Of a DNA stretch of 64,000 nucleotides, positions 38,150-50,861 are shown in pieces (position 1 is the stretch's first letter; the number at the start of each line of letters is the position of its first letter). The DNA comes from Chiloscyllium plagiosum (Eukaryota). The notes under the pieces were generated by a model. The model saw only the letters and a program-made list of their open reading frames with translations. It did not search any database and had not been told where the DNA came from. Position numbers and translations under genes: made by a program. The DNA is taken from positions 2,170,029 through 2,234,028 of the forward strand of contig NC_057758.1 in assembly GCF_004010195.1 (NCBI RefSeq), given 5' to 3'.

Positions 38150-39910
38150 TGGATCATCTATCGTTCACAAAGGCTGTCAAGGCTAGTATTCAATCGCAAA
38201 TGCAATAATTTAATTTGGCGAGCACGAGTGTAGGCCAGATTTGGGATCTTTATTTTCGGAACCTGAAGCAGATAATACAAAGCTACAAAGGAAACCAAAG
38301 TATTGAGAGTAGATTGGCAAGAAATATTATCACAACAAGTAAGAAACTTTCCCTGTATACACCAGAATGTTTCACGATGAATTTGTGCTAGCCGTTGAAG
38401 AAACAAAGTCAGAAAGTACTTATGAGACTCTTGGAGGATATGAGTGGGGAATTGGTTACAGAAAACAGGCAGAGAATTTGCAGCAGTACATTGCATCCTT
38501 CCTCACCGGCGAACATTGTTTCCATTTTAAAATAAAATGGTTTTAATAAAGATGGATTGTGTGATATAAAAAACATGGAGGTCAGAAGAAATATCTTCAA
38601 CTTTCTTTCACAATAGGAAGAACATTTTTTGTCAGATAGATAAAACTAAATGTGGATTGCGAGTAATTCACAGTTTTAAAAGACGTGGTTGTGGTGTGAC
38701 TGGCGGCATGATTTGAAATATTCCATAACTCTTTGGATTGCCGTTGTGTTCCAGCAAAACTGGAGAACCCCTAATGTTCGGCCTGCTTTCAAGAAAGGAG
38801 TGAGATGGAAAGCAGGAACCCGGATACCATTTTACAAAATATTATGGATGGGAATCTGCTCGAGTCCATTTTTTATTAATAGAATTACATAAACTTTTGA
38901 AAAGCTTTCCACAATCAGATTCAACAGTGATTTGTGAAAGAGAAATTAAATTATACCCTCTAAAATGATGCAAAACATTGTTGGAGTTCCATGTGAATAT
39001 ATGCTTCAAAAACGGACTTAGAGATCGAAGTGTATTTGGCTTTCCAGAGTTTATCTGTGTGACACCACAATGTAAAGGTTCTCACAAAAATCTGGAGTCA
39101 CAGCACGTAATCAGGATTGTTTAACACACAGAAAATGGCGAGTCGGGATTAATACATATTTTCGGGTGAAAACATGTATCGCCTGGAATACCACGATTAT
39201 CAGTCGAGGGGAATCAGTTATTTATAAAATATTCTGATGCTTGACGGAGGGAAATGAGTGCAATATATACGAAGATGATGGAACAGGAAAAAAGGGTTTG
39301 TTGCAGTAAGGCTATGAAAAATCTAAAATTGGATATAGATAATTTGAGTGATTGAGCAATTAATTGGCAGATGGCAGCTGTTTAGGCTTTATTCATTGTA
39401 TGAAACGAATGACGGGTCCCCCCCTAACAGTGAAAAATACAAGTTACAAAAGTCGCTTTTCAAGGTCGATGAAGTGTTTGTTCCCGAAACATCGACTCTT
39501 CTGCTCCTCGGATGCTGGATGACCTGCTGGGTTTTTCGTTCCCAGTACCATAAACTTCGACTTTACTCTCCACCATTCTCAGTCTCCACTTTGTCCTTCG
39601 CAAGTAACATGTTCATAAGGTGTTTCCACTCCTGGGTGGTGTCGGTGACATAGATACTGAATAAGGGATATTGATTTAAAACTGAGATGCAAAGAAATGT
39701 GTTCTCTCAGAAGGCAGTGAATGTCTAGAATTCTCTAACCCAGAGAGTTGTAGGAGTCTTTACAGACGAGGTGGACGGATTGTTGGTATGTCGGCGAGTT
39801 GAGGATATAATGAAAGTGGAGTTGAGCCGTGGAGTAGATCAACCATGCTCTTAATGAATGACAGGGCAAAATTGACGTCTAACTAGCCTTTTCCTATTCC
39901 TAATTCTTGT
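38150..39910 (+). mobile_element. Old CR1 ORF2 with small PLE-tail insertion (39470-39590)
   Basis: NWRTPNVRPAFKKG; CR1 3' end at 39660-39910; CCCGAAACATCGACTCTTCTGCTCCTCGGATGCTG. Confidence 0.65.
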
Positions 39911-41182
39911 GTTCTGTTATTAGAAAGTAACTGGCTATTTTCTTGGCAGTCGTATTGTGCAATAGTACCTTCAGAGAGGCCAGAGGATGGAGTTGAGCCA
40001 GCTTGATGATACAGCCATTGATATAGATTTCAGATTGGGTCGCGTTCAGAGGTAGGAACAAGTCAAGCCATAGATAACTGGTTAATGACCGAAATAAGCT
40101 ACCTCAAAAAAGATGCAAATCCTAATGACAACAACTTTGAACGATACAAACACCCATATGGTATCCACGTCATCCACTCTCCTCATGATTTTGTTTGGTT
40201 CAATAAGATCAGCTCTCATTCCAAGGAGAAGCTGGTAAGTCGTCATAATATAAGCCCCTCATCCAGGAACAAGAGAAGCGAAACATTTCTGAACTGATTC
40301 CAATGCAATCACGTCCTTTTTCAGGTAAGGAGACAAAAAGAAACACCTTCACACAGCCCTCTGGACGTGCTTTCAGTCAGACTGGGTACAGCTGCAGCAG
40401 CAAATCATCCCTGTAGAGTTGATTGACATTACAGCTCGTGGAAACATTTTGTGTCTTTATATTTCTTTTATCATCATCTTGAATTTATTACGGAAATGAG
40501 GAGAGTTCTTTTCTCAGATTGTTGTGAGTCTTTGAAAATGTCTTTCTCCAGAGAGCATTAGCGGCAGAGACATTTTTAATATTTTTGAGTCACAAATAAT
40601 AACAGAGTCAAGGATTTTCGCGGAATGAGCAGGAATGCGCAGTATGGGGGAATATACTGACATTTGTACTAAATGAAAATGTGGAATACCGCAACTTCCA
40701 GGAATGCTATGGGAAAAAATATAAGAATGCTAACAGTTACAGAATAAGTCACTATCGCGCTATATGGTTGCTTTCTCTTTAGAGGGAGAGACCACTTGTG
40801 GTGGTATAACCTGAGGGTCACCACAAATCGGGTGAGGTTGAGAAAGCGGGCCCTGCATGGTAACCTTTGTCAGTTCAAAGTTTGTGAGAAGATTTGTAGC
40901 TCGGGTGCTCGTTGCTGTGGTTCTGTTCGCCGAGCTGGAAGTTTTTGTTGCAAACGTTTCGTCCCCTGTCTAGGTGACATCCTCAGCGCTTGGGAGCCTC
41001 CTGTGAAGCGCTTCTGTGGTGTTTCCTCCGGCATTTATAGTGGCCTGTCCCCGCCGCTTCCGGTTGTCAGTTTCAGCTGTCTGCTGTAGTGGCTGGTATA
41101 TTGGGTCCAGGTCGATGTGTTTGCTGATGGAGTTTGTGGATGAGTGCCATGCTTCTAGGAATCCCCTGGCTGTTCTTTGTTT

Positions 41183-41959
41183 NNNNNNNNNNNNNNNNNN
41201 NNNNNNNNNNNNNNNNNNNNNNNNNNNNNNNNNNNNNNNNNNNNNNNNNNNNNNNNNNNNNNNNNNNNNNNNNNNNNNNNNNNNNNNNNNNNNNNNNNNN
41301 NNNNNNNNNNNNNNNNNNNNNNNNNNNNNNNNNNNNNNNNNNNNNNNNNNNNNNNNNNNNNNNNNNNNNNNNNNNNNNNNNNNNNNNNNNNNNNNNNNNN
41401 NNNNNNNNNNNNNNNNNNNNNNNNNNNNNNNNNNNNNNNNNNNNNNNNNNNNNNNNNNNNNNNNNNNNNNNNNNNNNNNNNNNNNNNNNNNNNNNNNNNN
41501 NNNNNNNNNNNNNNNNNNNNNNNNNNNNNNNNNNNNNNNNNNNNNNNNNNNNNNNNNNNNNNNNNNNNNNNNNNNNNNNNNNNNNNNNNNNNNNNNNNNN
41601 NNNNNNNNNNNNNNNNNNNNNNNNNNNNNNNNNNNNNNNNNNNNNNNNNNNNNNNNNNNNNNNNNNNNNNNNNNNNNNNNNNNNNNNNNNNNNNNNNNNN
41701 NNNNNNNNNNNNNNNNNNNNNNNNNNNNNNNNNNNNNNNNNNNNNNNNNNNNNNNNNNNNNNNNNNNNNNNNNNNNNNNNNNNNNNNNNNNNNNNNNNNN
41801 NNNNNNNNNNNNNNNNNNNNNNNNNNNNNNNNNNNNNNNNNNNNNNNNNNNNNNNNNNNNNNNNNNNNNNNNNNNNNNNNNNNNNNNNNNNNNNNNNNNN
41901 NNNNNNNNNNNNNNNNNNNNNNNNNNNNNNNNNNNNNNNNNNNNNNNNNNNNNNNNNNN
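41183..41959. other. Assembly gap (N run)
   Basis: 777 N bases. Confidence 1.
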
Positions 41960-42222
41960 TAGGCACACACGCAGACGACAAGCAACATGGATTTGACTGG
42001 GACAACACTACCATTATAGGCAAGCCAAACAAAGAACAGCCAGGGAATTCCTAGAAGCTTGGCACTCATCCACAAACTCCATCAACAAACACATAGACCT
42101 GGACCCAATATACCGGCCACTACAGCGGACAGCTGAAACTGACAACCGGAAGCGGCGGGGACAGGCCACTATAAATGCCGGAGGAAACACCACAGAAGCG
42201 CTTCACAGGAGGCTCCCAAGCA

Positions 42223-42256
42223 CTGAGGATGTCACCTAGACAGGGGACGAAACGTT
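42223..42256 (+). ncRNA. Minimal type I hammerhead ribozyme motif (mirror copy on minus strand at 40953-40986)
   Basis: CTGAGGA-TGTCACC-TAGACA-GGGGAC-GAAAC-GTT. Confidence 0.7.
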
Positions 42257-45200
42257 TGCAACAAAAACTTCCAGCTCGGCGAATAGAACCACAGCAACCT
42301 TTGTCAGTGTGAGGAATTGAACTTGCGCAGTTGGTCCCCCTCTACATCACAAACCAGCCGTCCAGCTAACTGAATGGAAGAATATGTAACTGCAAAAGAC
42401 AAAAACATTGTCACAGACAAAGGACCATAAATACATTGATAACAAGGAAGAAGATACAAATCACATAATGTTTAAGGTAATGGCTGAAGATGAAAACAAA
42501 GTTTTCTGCTAGAAATTGCTGTCTATAATAAGACAATTGCTCAAGAGTTGTTTTAAAATGAATACAATGATGTGAGACAAGCGAAATAACTGACAATACT
42601 GATTGTGAATGGATATTGATAATCACATAATAAGTACATATGTTTGATTTGTCCGTATAAAGGGCGCTTACGATTAACTAACAGTAAAACGTTGATGTAA
42701 TAGATTGCTTTGATAGTCTGTGTTCATGGAGAATGCCTCCTAAACACATGTGTAAAGAAAACGGAAGTGAACGTGTCCGAGTGTCGTCTACTTAGGGGCA
42801 GGACATGCGTGTTGAATGACTGAAAGTTCCTGTAACATGGAGTTGAGAACACAGTCAGATCAGCCCTGATCTCATTGAATGGTGGAGCACATTTAAAGGG
42901 TTGAATAGCCTCATGGCGCACTTTAATCCTGTGTGATTAAAAATAATACAACTCTGCTCCTTCTCCTCATGTGTTACACACTGGTGCATTGACATTTTCC
43001 TGAACCTGGGAATTGCTTGGAACATTATCTGGAGCATTATGTATTCAACACCATCTAAATAACTCTGGACGTGGCATTGACCAGAGCATTGTGCAACCAA
43101 CATTCTCAGGAATATTCTATAACCATGTGGCTGCTTTGCATTGGCAACAAAAGAAGAGAGAGACGAAGGTGTTGTCTGCAGCAATGAGAGTGTTGGAGCA
43201 TGAGCCTTGTTCGGAGGTAGGTGCTATTACTGATATACATTGAGGGTGAGGGACGAGGGAGCCACTTACCTTGGCAGAGCAGGGAAGAATATTGATGCTT
43301 GTCCTGTATTACTGGACATTTCGTCAGAAAGCAAGTCCTGCACTCTTCTGACTGGTGAGCTCAGACAATGCCGGTTGGTCTGGTGGTTTGGCCGCCTTTT
43401 GGAGAAGAATGGTCCTCCAACGAACTAGCACATCGAACAAGACCTCCACGCCCCTGTTGACCAAACGTGGTGCAATTTCCCCTTATCCGCCCTGTTAGGT
43501 GCAAACTGTGTAAGGCAGCTCCCAACTGCGAAGGCACAACCGTGTGGCATTAGCATCTTAAAGACTGCACCAATGCTGGGGATCACAGAATATTCGGGAG
43601 CATCCGGGCGATGGTGAGTACTTCCAGCCATGATGGGCTGGGGAATCGGGCTGACATTGATTGAGATGGACACGATTGGGTGGGGCAGGTAGTAAATAAG
43701 GTGAGTTCAATAAGATAGCACAACGTTACGAGCTCGGCCTTGTGAAAGCGATGCCTCGGTCACAATCAATGAAAATGTCAGTGAAGGCAAATTATTGTTA
43801 GATTCAGGCCAATTCTATGACTTTCCTAATCCCACTCCCAGTTACAAACCTGTAGAACAAGCGTTCGTTGAAAACTCTCGACCATCGGAACTCAAACTAA
43901 TATCCCGCTCGTTCATCATTCATCATTGCTGGAAATTCTGTCACATGTTGCAACATGCTATCACAATATCTTCATTTCAGCGTTCCAAAAGCTGTGAACT
44001 CATCCAACCATGGCATTCTCTCTCAATCTCTCCCTCTCTACCAAACCCCTCTCATTTTTTTGGTGTTTTAACGGATTCCCCGACATCTCTCTCTGGCAAT
44101 GATTTTTCACACACACAGCACCCCTTGTCATGGCACATTGGAAGTACGGAGCTGTAATGGATGGGACCTGCACGTCCTGAAAGTTTCCACACGCCGGTCA
44201 GTGTTACCAAACAATGTACTGGGTGGAGTACAAAAATCCCCATGCTGAACCAGTATCACTTCTGCGTATATGGAACAATGCACTGTGGACAATACAGCTT
44301 TCCGTGGCACACCAATACTACATCCAGCTGTGCACGTCAATGCGCTGTGTCGTCAGCACGGTGTTCCTCGCTGGACAGATTTCCGGGTTGTATTGAGCAG
44401 AACACTAACCTGGTCTGCATAGTGCTCAGTGCTGAATGGACAACTGGGCTTAACGGTATGTGTGCCAGTTCTATGAGGTGAATCCAGAATGTAATATAAC
44501 GAACCATTTCAGCTGATCTGGCAATGCTTTTGTTTCATGTTCTCATTGATGTGCGTGGACCATACAAGGTCTGACTACTGCAAGTCGTCCTATTTGTCGC
44601 CCGACCATCTATGTCTATATTTCTGCAACTTGTCCATTAAGTAATTAGCGATTTTATTGTAAATAACTGTCCTGTATCTTTCCTTGGCCTTTGGAGTTTC
44701 TCATCCTGGAGCATCAGGTTCCATCGTTAAGGAGTTCAGAGAAAAAAACCCCAGCAGAGCTCACGTTTTCCAGTGCCCTGTGAGATGCTTCATGTTGGAC
44801 AGTGGATTTCAGCAGCTGTGAGCCGTCTTTGTCATTGTTTCTGTGCCTGTTCACTGAACACGTATTCGTCACTTTCAGCTGATCATATGTTCAGTAACGC
44901 GAAGAATCCGCTCGAATGTTATTGATTTAAACCAGACTTCTAACTTGATTGGAATTGACTTCAATCTTGTATTTGAAAGTTAGTGCAAATGGATAGTTTC
45001 CATGAGGTTATGTTCTAAGCTGCTGTGGACATTCAGGAAGACCAGAGGCTTTGGTGACCCACTCTGGATGCATCATGGTGGCAGTAGGTACAGCAGCTGG
45101 GTCTGCAACATGACCAACAAATGGAGCAGTGTCTGCAGAGAGGGAAATCTCTGTTAATTGGAATGAGGAGTCACATTCAGATCAGATATGATCTTATTGA

Positions 45201-45689
45201 ATGGTACAGCAGGATTGAATGGCGCAGTGATGCAACTTTTTCATATATTTCTGTTAGTAACAAGCCAATTCCCCTTCCCTTCCAGCATCCCATACTGGTG
45301 GGGAGTGAGCCACATTCTCCTGTTCCTGGTTAATGTGATCCCGGGGCTCGCTAGCCTCAGGATTTTCCTGTGTTCAAGTCTCAAACAGTTGAATGACCGC
45401 CTCCTGATCCTTTGTACCAGACTTGAGAAAGTAGACGCCCTCCTGGATGCAATAGCTGTGTGCTCTTCTGATGCTCCAGTAGAATGGTATTGATGGACAG
45501 AATGGCCGTTTCATAGTCCTTACGGCCAGTGTTCACTGAAAGGCTTTCTCTTGTTTCTGCAAAGCATCCTCGAAGATCTGAATGAAGTACTTGTGCTTTT
45601 CCTCTGTAATTGAGCAAGCAAGTTGATTGATTTGACAGATTTGAAAAGCTGAAGTGTCTCTATCTGTACTGCTGTGACAGGTTCGAGTG

Positions 45690-45925
45690 GTTTCCGAATG
45701 TCCCTCTGTACCAGATTCAATAGGCTGTACGGACTTCTCCTATGCGTCTGTAACAGAGAGGCTGAGTGGCCTTCTTCTATTCCTCTGCAACAGTCTCGAG
45801 AAGTTGGATGGCCTCCACCTGTCCCATTGTAACAGTGTCCAGAGCTTGAATGGCCTCCTCCTGTCTCTCTGTAACGCACTCTAAATGCTGAATGGCCTTC
45901 TCCAGTCCCTCTGTAACCAGTCAGA
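45690..45925 (+). repeat. ~42-bp tandem repeat derived from the CR1 3' tail motif
   Basis: About 5 units of CTGTCCCTCTGTAACAG....(GCTGAATGGCCTCCT). Confidence 0.7.
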
Positions 45926-46467
45926 GACATTAAATGACAAATCAACCAGTGGATTATGAGCAACCAGTAAACTGTATCTGATGGAGGTCCCTCACTTCTA
46001 AATTACGTAAACACAAACAACACTATGCTCGCGGTGTCCTCTCAGATGCACCTCCTACAGCTGCAAAAGCACGTCTCTATCTTCTGAATGATTCCCTTTG
46101 CACAATGTACCAACATCCAGCATTCCACCTCTCCAAGTGGGAATCAGCTAGCTTTAAGCTGAATGGACCCTCCTATGCCGGCAGATGGGGACAGAAGTGC
46201 TTCCCTCTGCTTTTGAGCAGTAGCCTAAATGCTCTGAATGATGCCTCAAATTATGAAGAAATTCAATTACAGGGCACTTAAAAAAGAGCAGCAACGCATA
46301 AAGTCAATGAGCAATGATCATTGTTATGACATTGACAAATTTCCCCAATAAGCATTTTATGCAGAGGGTCTGTTATTTTATCCCTGACTTCTTTTAAAAG
46401 CTGGATGGGACATATACAACCCTGCAGTGTTCTGGCTGTACTCCCACATACAAGGAAGGAACATTAA

Positions 46468-46668
46468 AAATACTTGAAGTGATTTATGATCTATCTCTCA
46501 GCAATGTTCGTTCATTCCAGCCAAACTGATTAAATGTTGCCTTTTATTGTGATATGAAAAGTGATGCAAAAATACTTGAGTGATTTATGATCTATCTCTC
46601 AGCAATGTTCGTTCATTCCAGCCAAACTGATTAAATGTTGCCTTTTATTGTGATATGAAAAGTGATGC
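46468..46668. repeat. Near-perfect ~100-bp tandem duplication
   Basis: AAAATACTTGA(A)GTGATTTATGATCTATCTCTCAGC...GAAAAGTGATGC twice; 1-nt indel. Confidence 0.95.
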
Positions 46669-46893
46669 ATGGAAGGTGTTAACCAAACCTGTTTGTTCAG
46701 TGACTATGATTAATGTCAGTCTCCTTTGATTTTAATGGTCCCAACCAAGGTTTCCCATCGAGAATAATAAATGAGCTCTACTCAATGTGCTATTCCATAG
46801 TATGAGTGGGAGCATCGCTGACAGCACTAACAAGGATCAGTGGGTCCAGAGTGAGAGGGAGGAGTGATCAGAATCTCAGAACATTAGACGGGA

Positions 46894-47158
46894 ATGAATC
46901 AGAGTCTGAGAACTACAGACTGGAATGTTACCTTAAAGAATCAGAATTTCAGAACATTAGAGTGGAATGCTCCAACCATGGATCAGAATCTCAGAACAAT
47001 AGACTATAATGTTCCCTCAAACGACAGGAGTTTATCTTATTATGTTTTGGTTCTTGCTGCATATTTTGAGAATATGTCATTATCGGGGCGGATTCGATAT
47101 GTACTTTACATTATTCAGTGTTTCTATTATCCGATCCTGGCTATTATTGGTGCCCCTG
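46894..47158 (+). CDS. First coding exon of a GPR139/GPR142-like orphan class A GPCR
   Basis: Open frame ending IQCFYYPILAIIGAP-G then a strong phase-1 donor GTAAGT (47159-47164); N-glycosylation sequons NQS, NVT, NMS; fits the YYPILAxxGxP|xN TM1 start of this family; start codon uncertain (46894, 46978 or 47074). Confidence 0.75.
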
Positions 47159-47869
47159 GTAAGTCTCACTGTTCAGATCGTATTTCTATAAATCATATGT
47201 GACTATATTACTGCTCTTCCCATATACTCTATCCTCTTTGCTGCAGTGATTGTTTCCTGCTGAGTCTCGGAATCCAGATATTATCCTGCAAGCCACCACA
47301 AACTGATCAGTGAATTTGTTCATTCACTCTCCCTCTTTGCTTTTCTCAGTTTCCATTTTAAGTCTCTGTGTCGATCGACTCAGTTTCAGCTGTGAACCAC
47401 GATTCCTTGCAGCACTGCCCTTGTCATTTAAATATCAGCAGGATGGAGATCACTCTCTTCTGATCCCAGGTCAATTCTAATTGAAACTACTAACCCCTCC
47501 AGAATATACATCACTGTATCGTTCCATTTGTTATTTGAGCCTTGAGTTATGAAATACAATCTTAATGATGGGAAAAAATCTGCTGCTGACAGTCCCAGCT
47601 TCGAACCTGTAGAAGCATGTTTGAGTCGCTCATCAACTACTTGTATTTGAACTCCCACCATAATCACATCCATTTGCCACTCTTTTGCGCAATACTCCAT
47701 ATTGTCGTTGAGTTCTGGGAATGCCTATATTTTAATCTTCTCAAGCCCTGTATCTCATTTGTCCCTGAAGCATCCATCAGTCTCTCTGTCGATTACCTAA
47801 TGCCGTGTCAGTTGTTACTACTTAAACTAACTTCCTGTATACGTGTTCCAGCTCAAACAATGAATCTAC

Positions 47870-48000
47870 CATCACACAAACACCCACGCACGCACTCACA
47901 CTCACATTTCACACTCACACATTCAATCTCACACATACACAATCTCATACACATCCACACATCCACTCGCATTCATACACACACTAACGCATACACAGAC
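47870..48000 (+). repeat. Degenerate (CA)n/(CACT)n microsatellite
   Basis: CACACAAACACCCACGCACGCACTCACACTCAC... Confidence 0.8.
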
Positions 48001-50861
48001 CCTCATAAAAGGGCGATAATCGGCCATTTCAGTTGTTCCCCTCACATCTTCATGGAAACTTCTTATTCTTAGTCCCATTCCCGTCATTGTTTCAACTAGA
48101 AAGTTTTAGTTAATTAGCTCTTTCTATCTTCACTGTGAATATTTCTGTACCACTGTATTTTTCTCCTGGTCTTGGTTTTGATCTCCCGAGTATCGAGTGC
48201 TGGTTATGTGAAATGCGAAACAATGAAATGGCATGTGTTTGCTGTCGTTCATAGAGATTTTGAGACACGTCGTTGAAATTTGATTTGTTCCTATCCACTG
48301 AACGCCTACAGTTGACTTTCTCAGCTGATTGTGCTGTCAGTACCACAAGGAAGCCCCTAGCGTATTATCTTAAAGGAGCAGACGTTTAAATTGTAGCTGA
48401 GGGGCTTCTGAACGAATCATTGTATTGAAAAGGTGCTGGGGATGGTTTCCTGGCGGTTATGGTGTGAGCTACTCAGATATCCAGGGAGACATGAGGATTT
48501 GCTGAACCAACTCTGGATGGAGTATGGAGAATGTAATACAGCATCTGAGACTGCAACATGAACAACAAATGGTGCAGAGGGAGCAGAGAGGGGAAACTGA
48601 GAAACCACATTGTGAGTGTATGTGGAAAAAGGGATCTGCTGAATCTGTCTGTGCCTGAAAGTAGACACACACTCTCACTCTCCCACTTACACACATTTAC
48701 ACTCTCAATCACATACCCGAGCACACATATAAATGTGTGGTGTGAAATTACATTTGCAGATTTGATTTACTTATACATTCCATTTTGTTCACAAGGCAAA
48801 AAATGGCCAGTGGACACGGCATTTTATAAACGCCTACTTTGGAAATAAACACTGTCTGAAATCAGCTTACGACACACACAGTCTCCAAACAAGACTTTAC
48901 GTCTAAAATTCATTGAATGATTCTTTACATAGATAGCAACTTATGTTATCTCTGGGCAGTGGCTTGAAATAAGTTCTGGGATTTGCATATTAATCAAACA
49001 AAACCTGCACCTCAATTTCAACTGATTATAGATTTAAGAACCATCTTAGATACGTTCAATTCTTGCACATGAGTTGTACGACTCATTGATATTTTCCTTT
49101 TTTAAAATTCTTTGTTTCAGGACTCCCTCTCTCTTTAATATGTATTGAAGGAGCAGCGCTCTGAAAGTTCGTGTTTTCAGATAAACTCATTGGGCTATAA
49201 CCACGTGTCGTGTGATTTTTGACCTTGGCCAACTCAGTCCAATATCTGTACCTCCATACCACGGCTTTTATTAGTTAGCCAATCTTCTCTCCGAGTAGGT
49301 AAACATTTTCAATCCCATGTGCACTTATCTTGCATTCTAAAGTTCTGTGAGGCTCGTTATATCAAGCCTTCTGGAAGTCGACGTATAATAGGATCCCCGT
49401 TATCGCTCTTGCTTGTCATATATAAAAAAAACGGCAGGGAAATCATTCAAACACGATTTATCCTTCATAAAATCATCGTAACTGTGGTGAATATTGGCTT
49501 GACTTTGACAATGCCCTGATATTAATTCCCGACTAACAGATTCTAACAATTTGCATTCAATCCCAATACTTTATTCACTACTTTTGATTCCGTAGTAAAG
49601 TTGGTACTTCTAAATTCTTCCGTTTCTATAATTTCTACGTTCCCTTTCAATTCCTGTGTAACAGGCACAAGGCTGTAAGTGATCTGCTCCGATTGTTACG
49701 TAAAAGGCTTGAGACTCAATAGACTCGTTCCCTTCCTGGTTTACACACTCGATGAGCTGAGTGTTCTTCTGGTGTTCGTACAATATAGTCTCGTTGGGCT
49801 GAATATCTGCACCTATTCCTGACCAAGCCGTCAACGTCTGAACGTTTTCCTTTTGTTTCTGCAGAGACATTTGGGGATTGATTGTATCTTACTGCTGCGG
49901 GGCAACATTTCGACAGGTTGAAGTGTCTTCTCATATCCCTCCAAAATAGGCTGGAGTTACAGAGCAGTTTTCCTCCTCATCCCTGAAATGGGGTCGAGGG
50001 AGTGATTAGTCCTCTCCTGTTGCGATAGAACAGAAACGCAGCTGAAATAGCTCCACCTGATCACATAAATGCAAATAATCTCAAACGATTTCATAGCCTT
50101 CTTCTGTTCTAGTGTAACAGACTCAATGGGTTGAATGGGCTTATCCTAGTGTGGAAATTTGCAGTCAATTCGTGGCCTTCTCCAGTTCTTGTGTTGTAGT
50201 ATTTAGAAGGCTGAATGGTCTCATTCTTCTATTCAAAACAGGACATAGGTATTGCATGGCCGATTAGCGGTCCTGTGTTGTCGTGTGCAGGGGCTGACTG
50301 GCCTTTTCCTGAAACTGTATTTTGGGATCAGGAACTAAACAGGCTCCGCCTCATCTGTTGTAACAGGTTGGAAGAATCTACTTCTGCTGTTCCTGTGTTC
50401 CAGGTTCGAGAAGTGGAATGGATTCCTGAATTTGCTTTTTAATTGCCCTCTGTTGCCGAACCTTGAAACAAGATCATTTGTCAATCTTGTAAACTCCACC
50501 AGGTATTGGATCAACCTGTTCATCCCTCCCGCATAAGTTACACTAACGCTGTGGCTTGTTGGGGAAAGTGCCTACTTAGTAAATAGGATAGATCCACGAT
50601 TCAAATCCTTGCATTGCCTACATCTCGCATGAACCATTGCGTGTTTAAAACTTCTCTCAAATGTCGTGGTTGAAATTGGTTTTTGTGTTTACAGGAAACA
50701 GCGCTCCCACTCATGTTGCCGAGGTTTGTTCCCCCATCAGAAATTGCTGTGCTTTGTTCAAGTGAAGTTACCTTGTTATTATCACACCCCTATGCAGCCA
50801 GTAATGAAGTAGTGCCCTCAGGAGGCTGAATAAACTTCTACTCATGCATTCAGTTCAGTGT

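Larger units (their letters stand above)
40875..42295. mobile_element. Young Penelope-like element with long inverted repeats, spanning an assembly gap, inserted in a tRNA-derived SINE
   Basis: 40910-41182 is the near-perfect reverse complement of ~42026-42298; REFLEAWHS..SINKHIDLDPIY; direct repeat AACCTTTGTCAGT at 40862-40874 and 42296-42308. Confidence 0.88.

Noticed and set aside
40970..42075. Long ORFs of 260-330 aa in the ORF track
   Set aside because: Artefacts of translating the N gap
42980..43700. Faint Harbinger-transposase-like signal
   Set aside because: Too degenerate to support without a profile search
47575..47650. B-box-like GGTTCGAA and T-run on the minus strand
   Set aside because: No foldable cloverleaf or A-box; insufficient for a tRNA call
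50543..50586. NAVACWGKCLLSK resembling the start of GPR139-like exon 2
   Set aside because: No splice acceptor, missing residues, immediate stop and no further similarity; likely chance
50678..50705. RSS-like nonamer GGTTTTTGT
   Set aside because: No CACTGTG heptamer at 12- or 23-bp spacing and no V/D/J segments nearby
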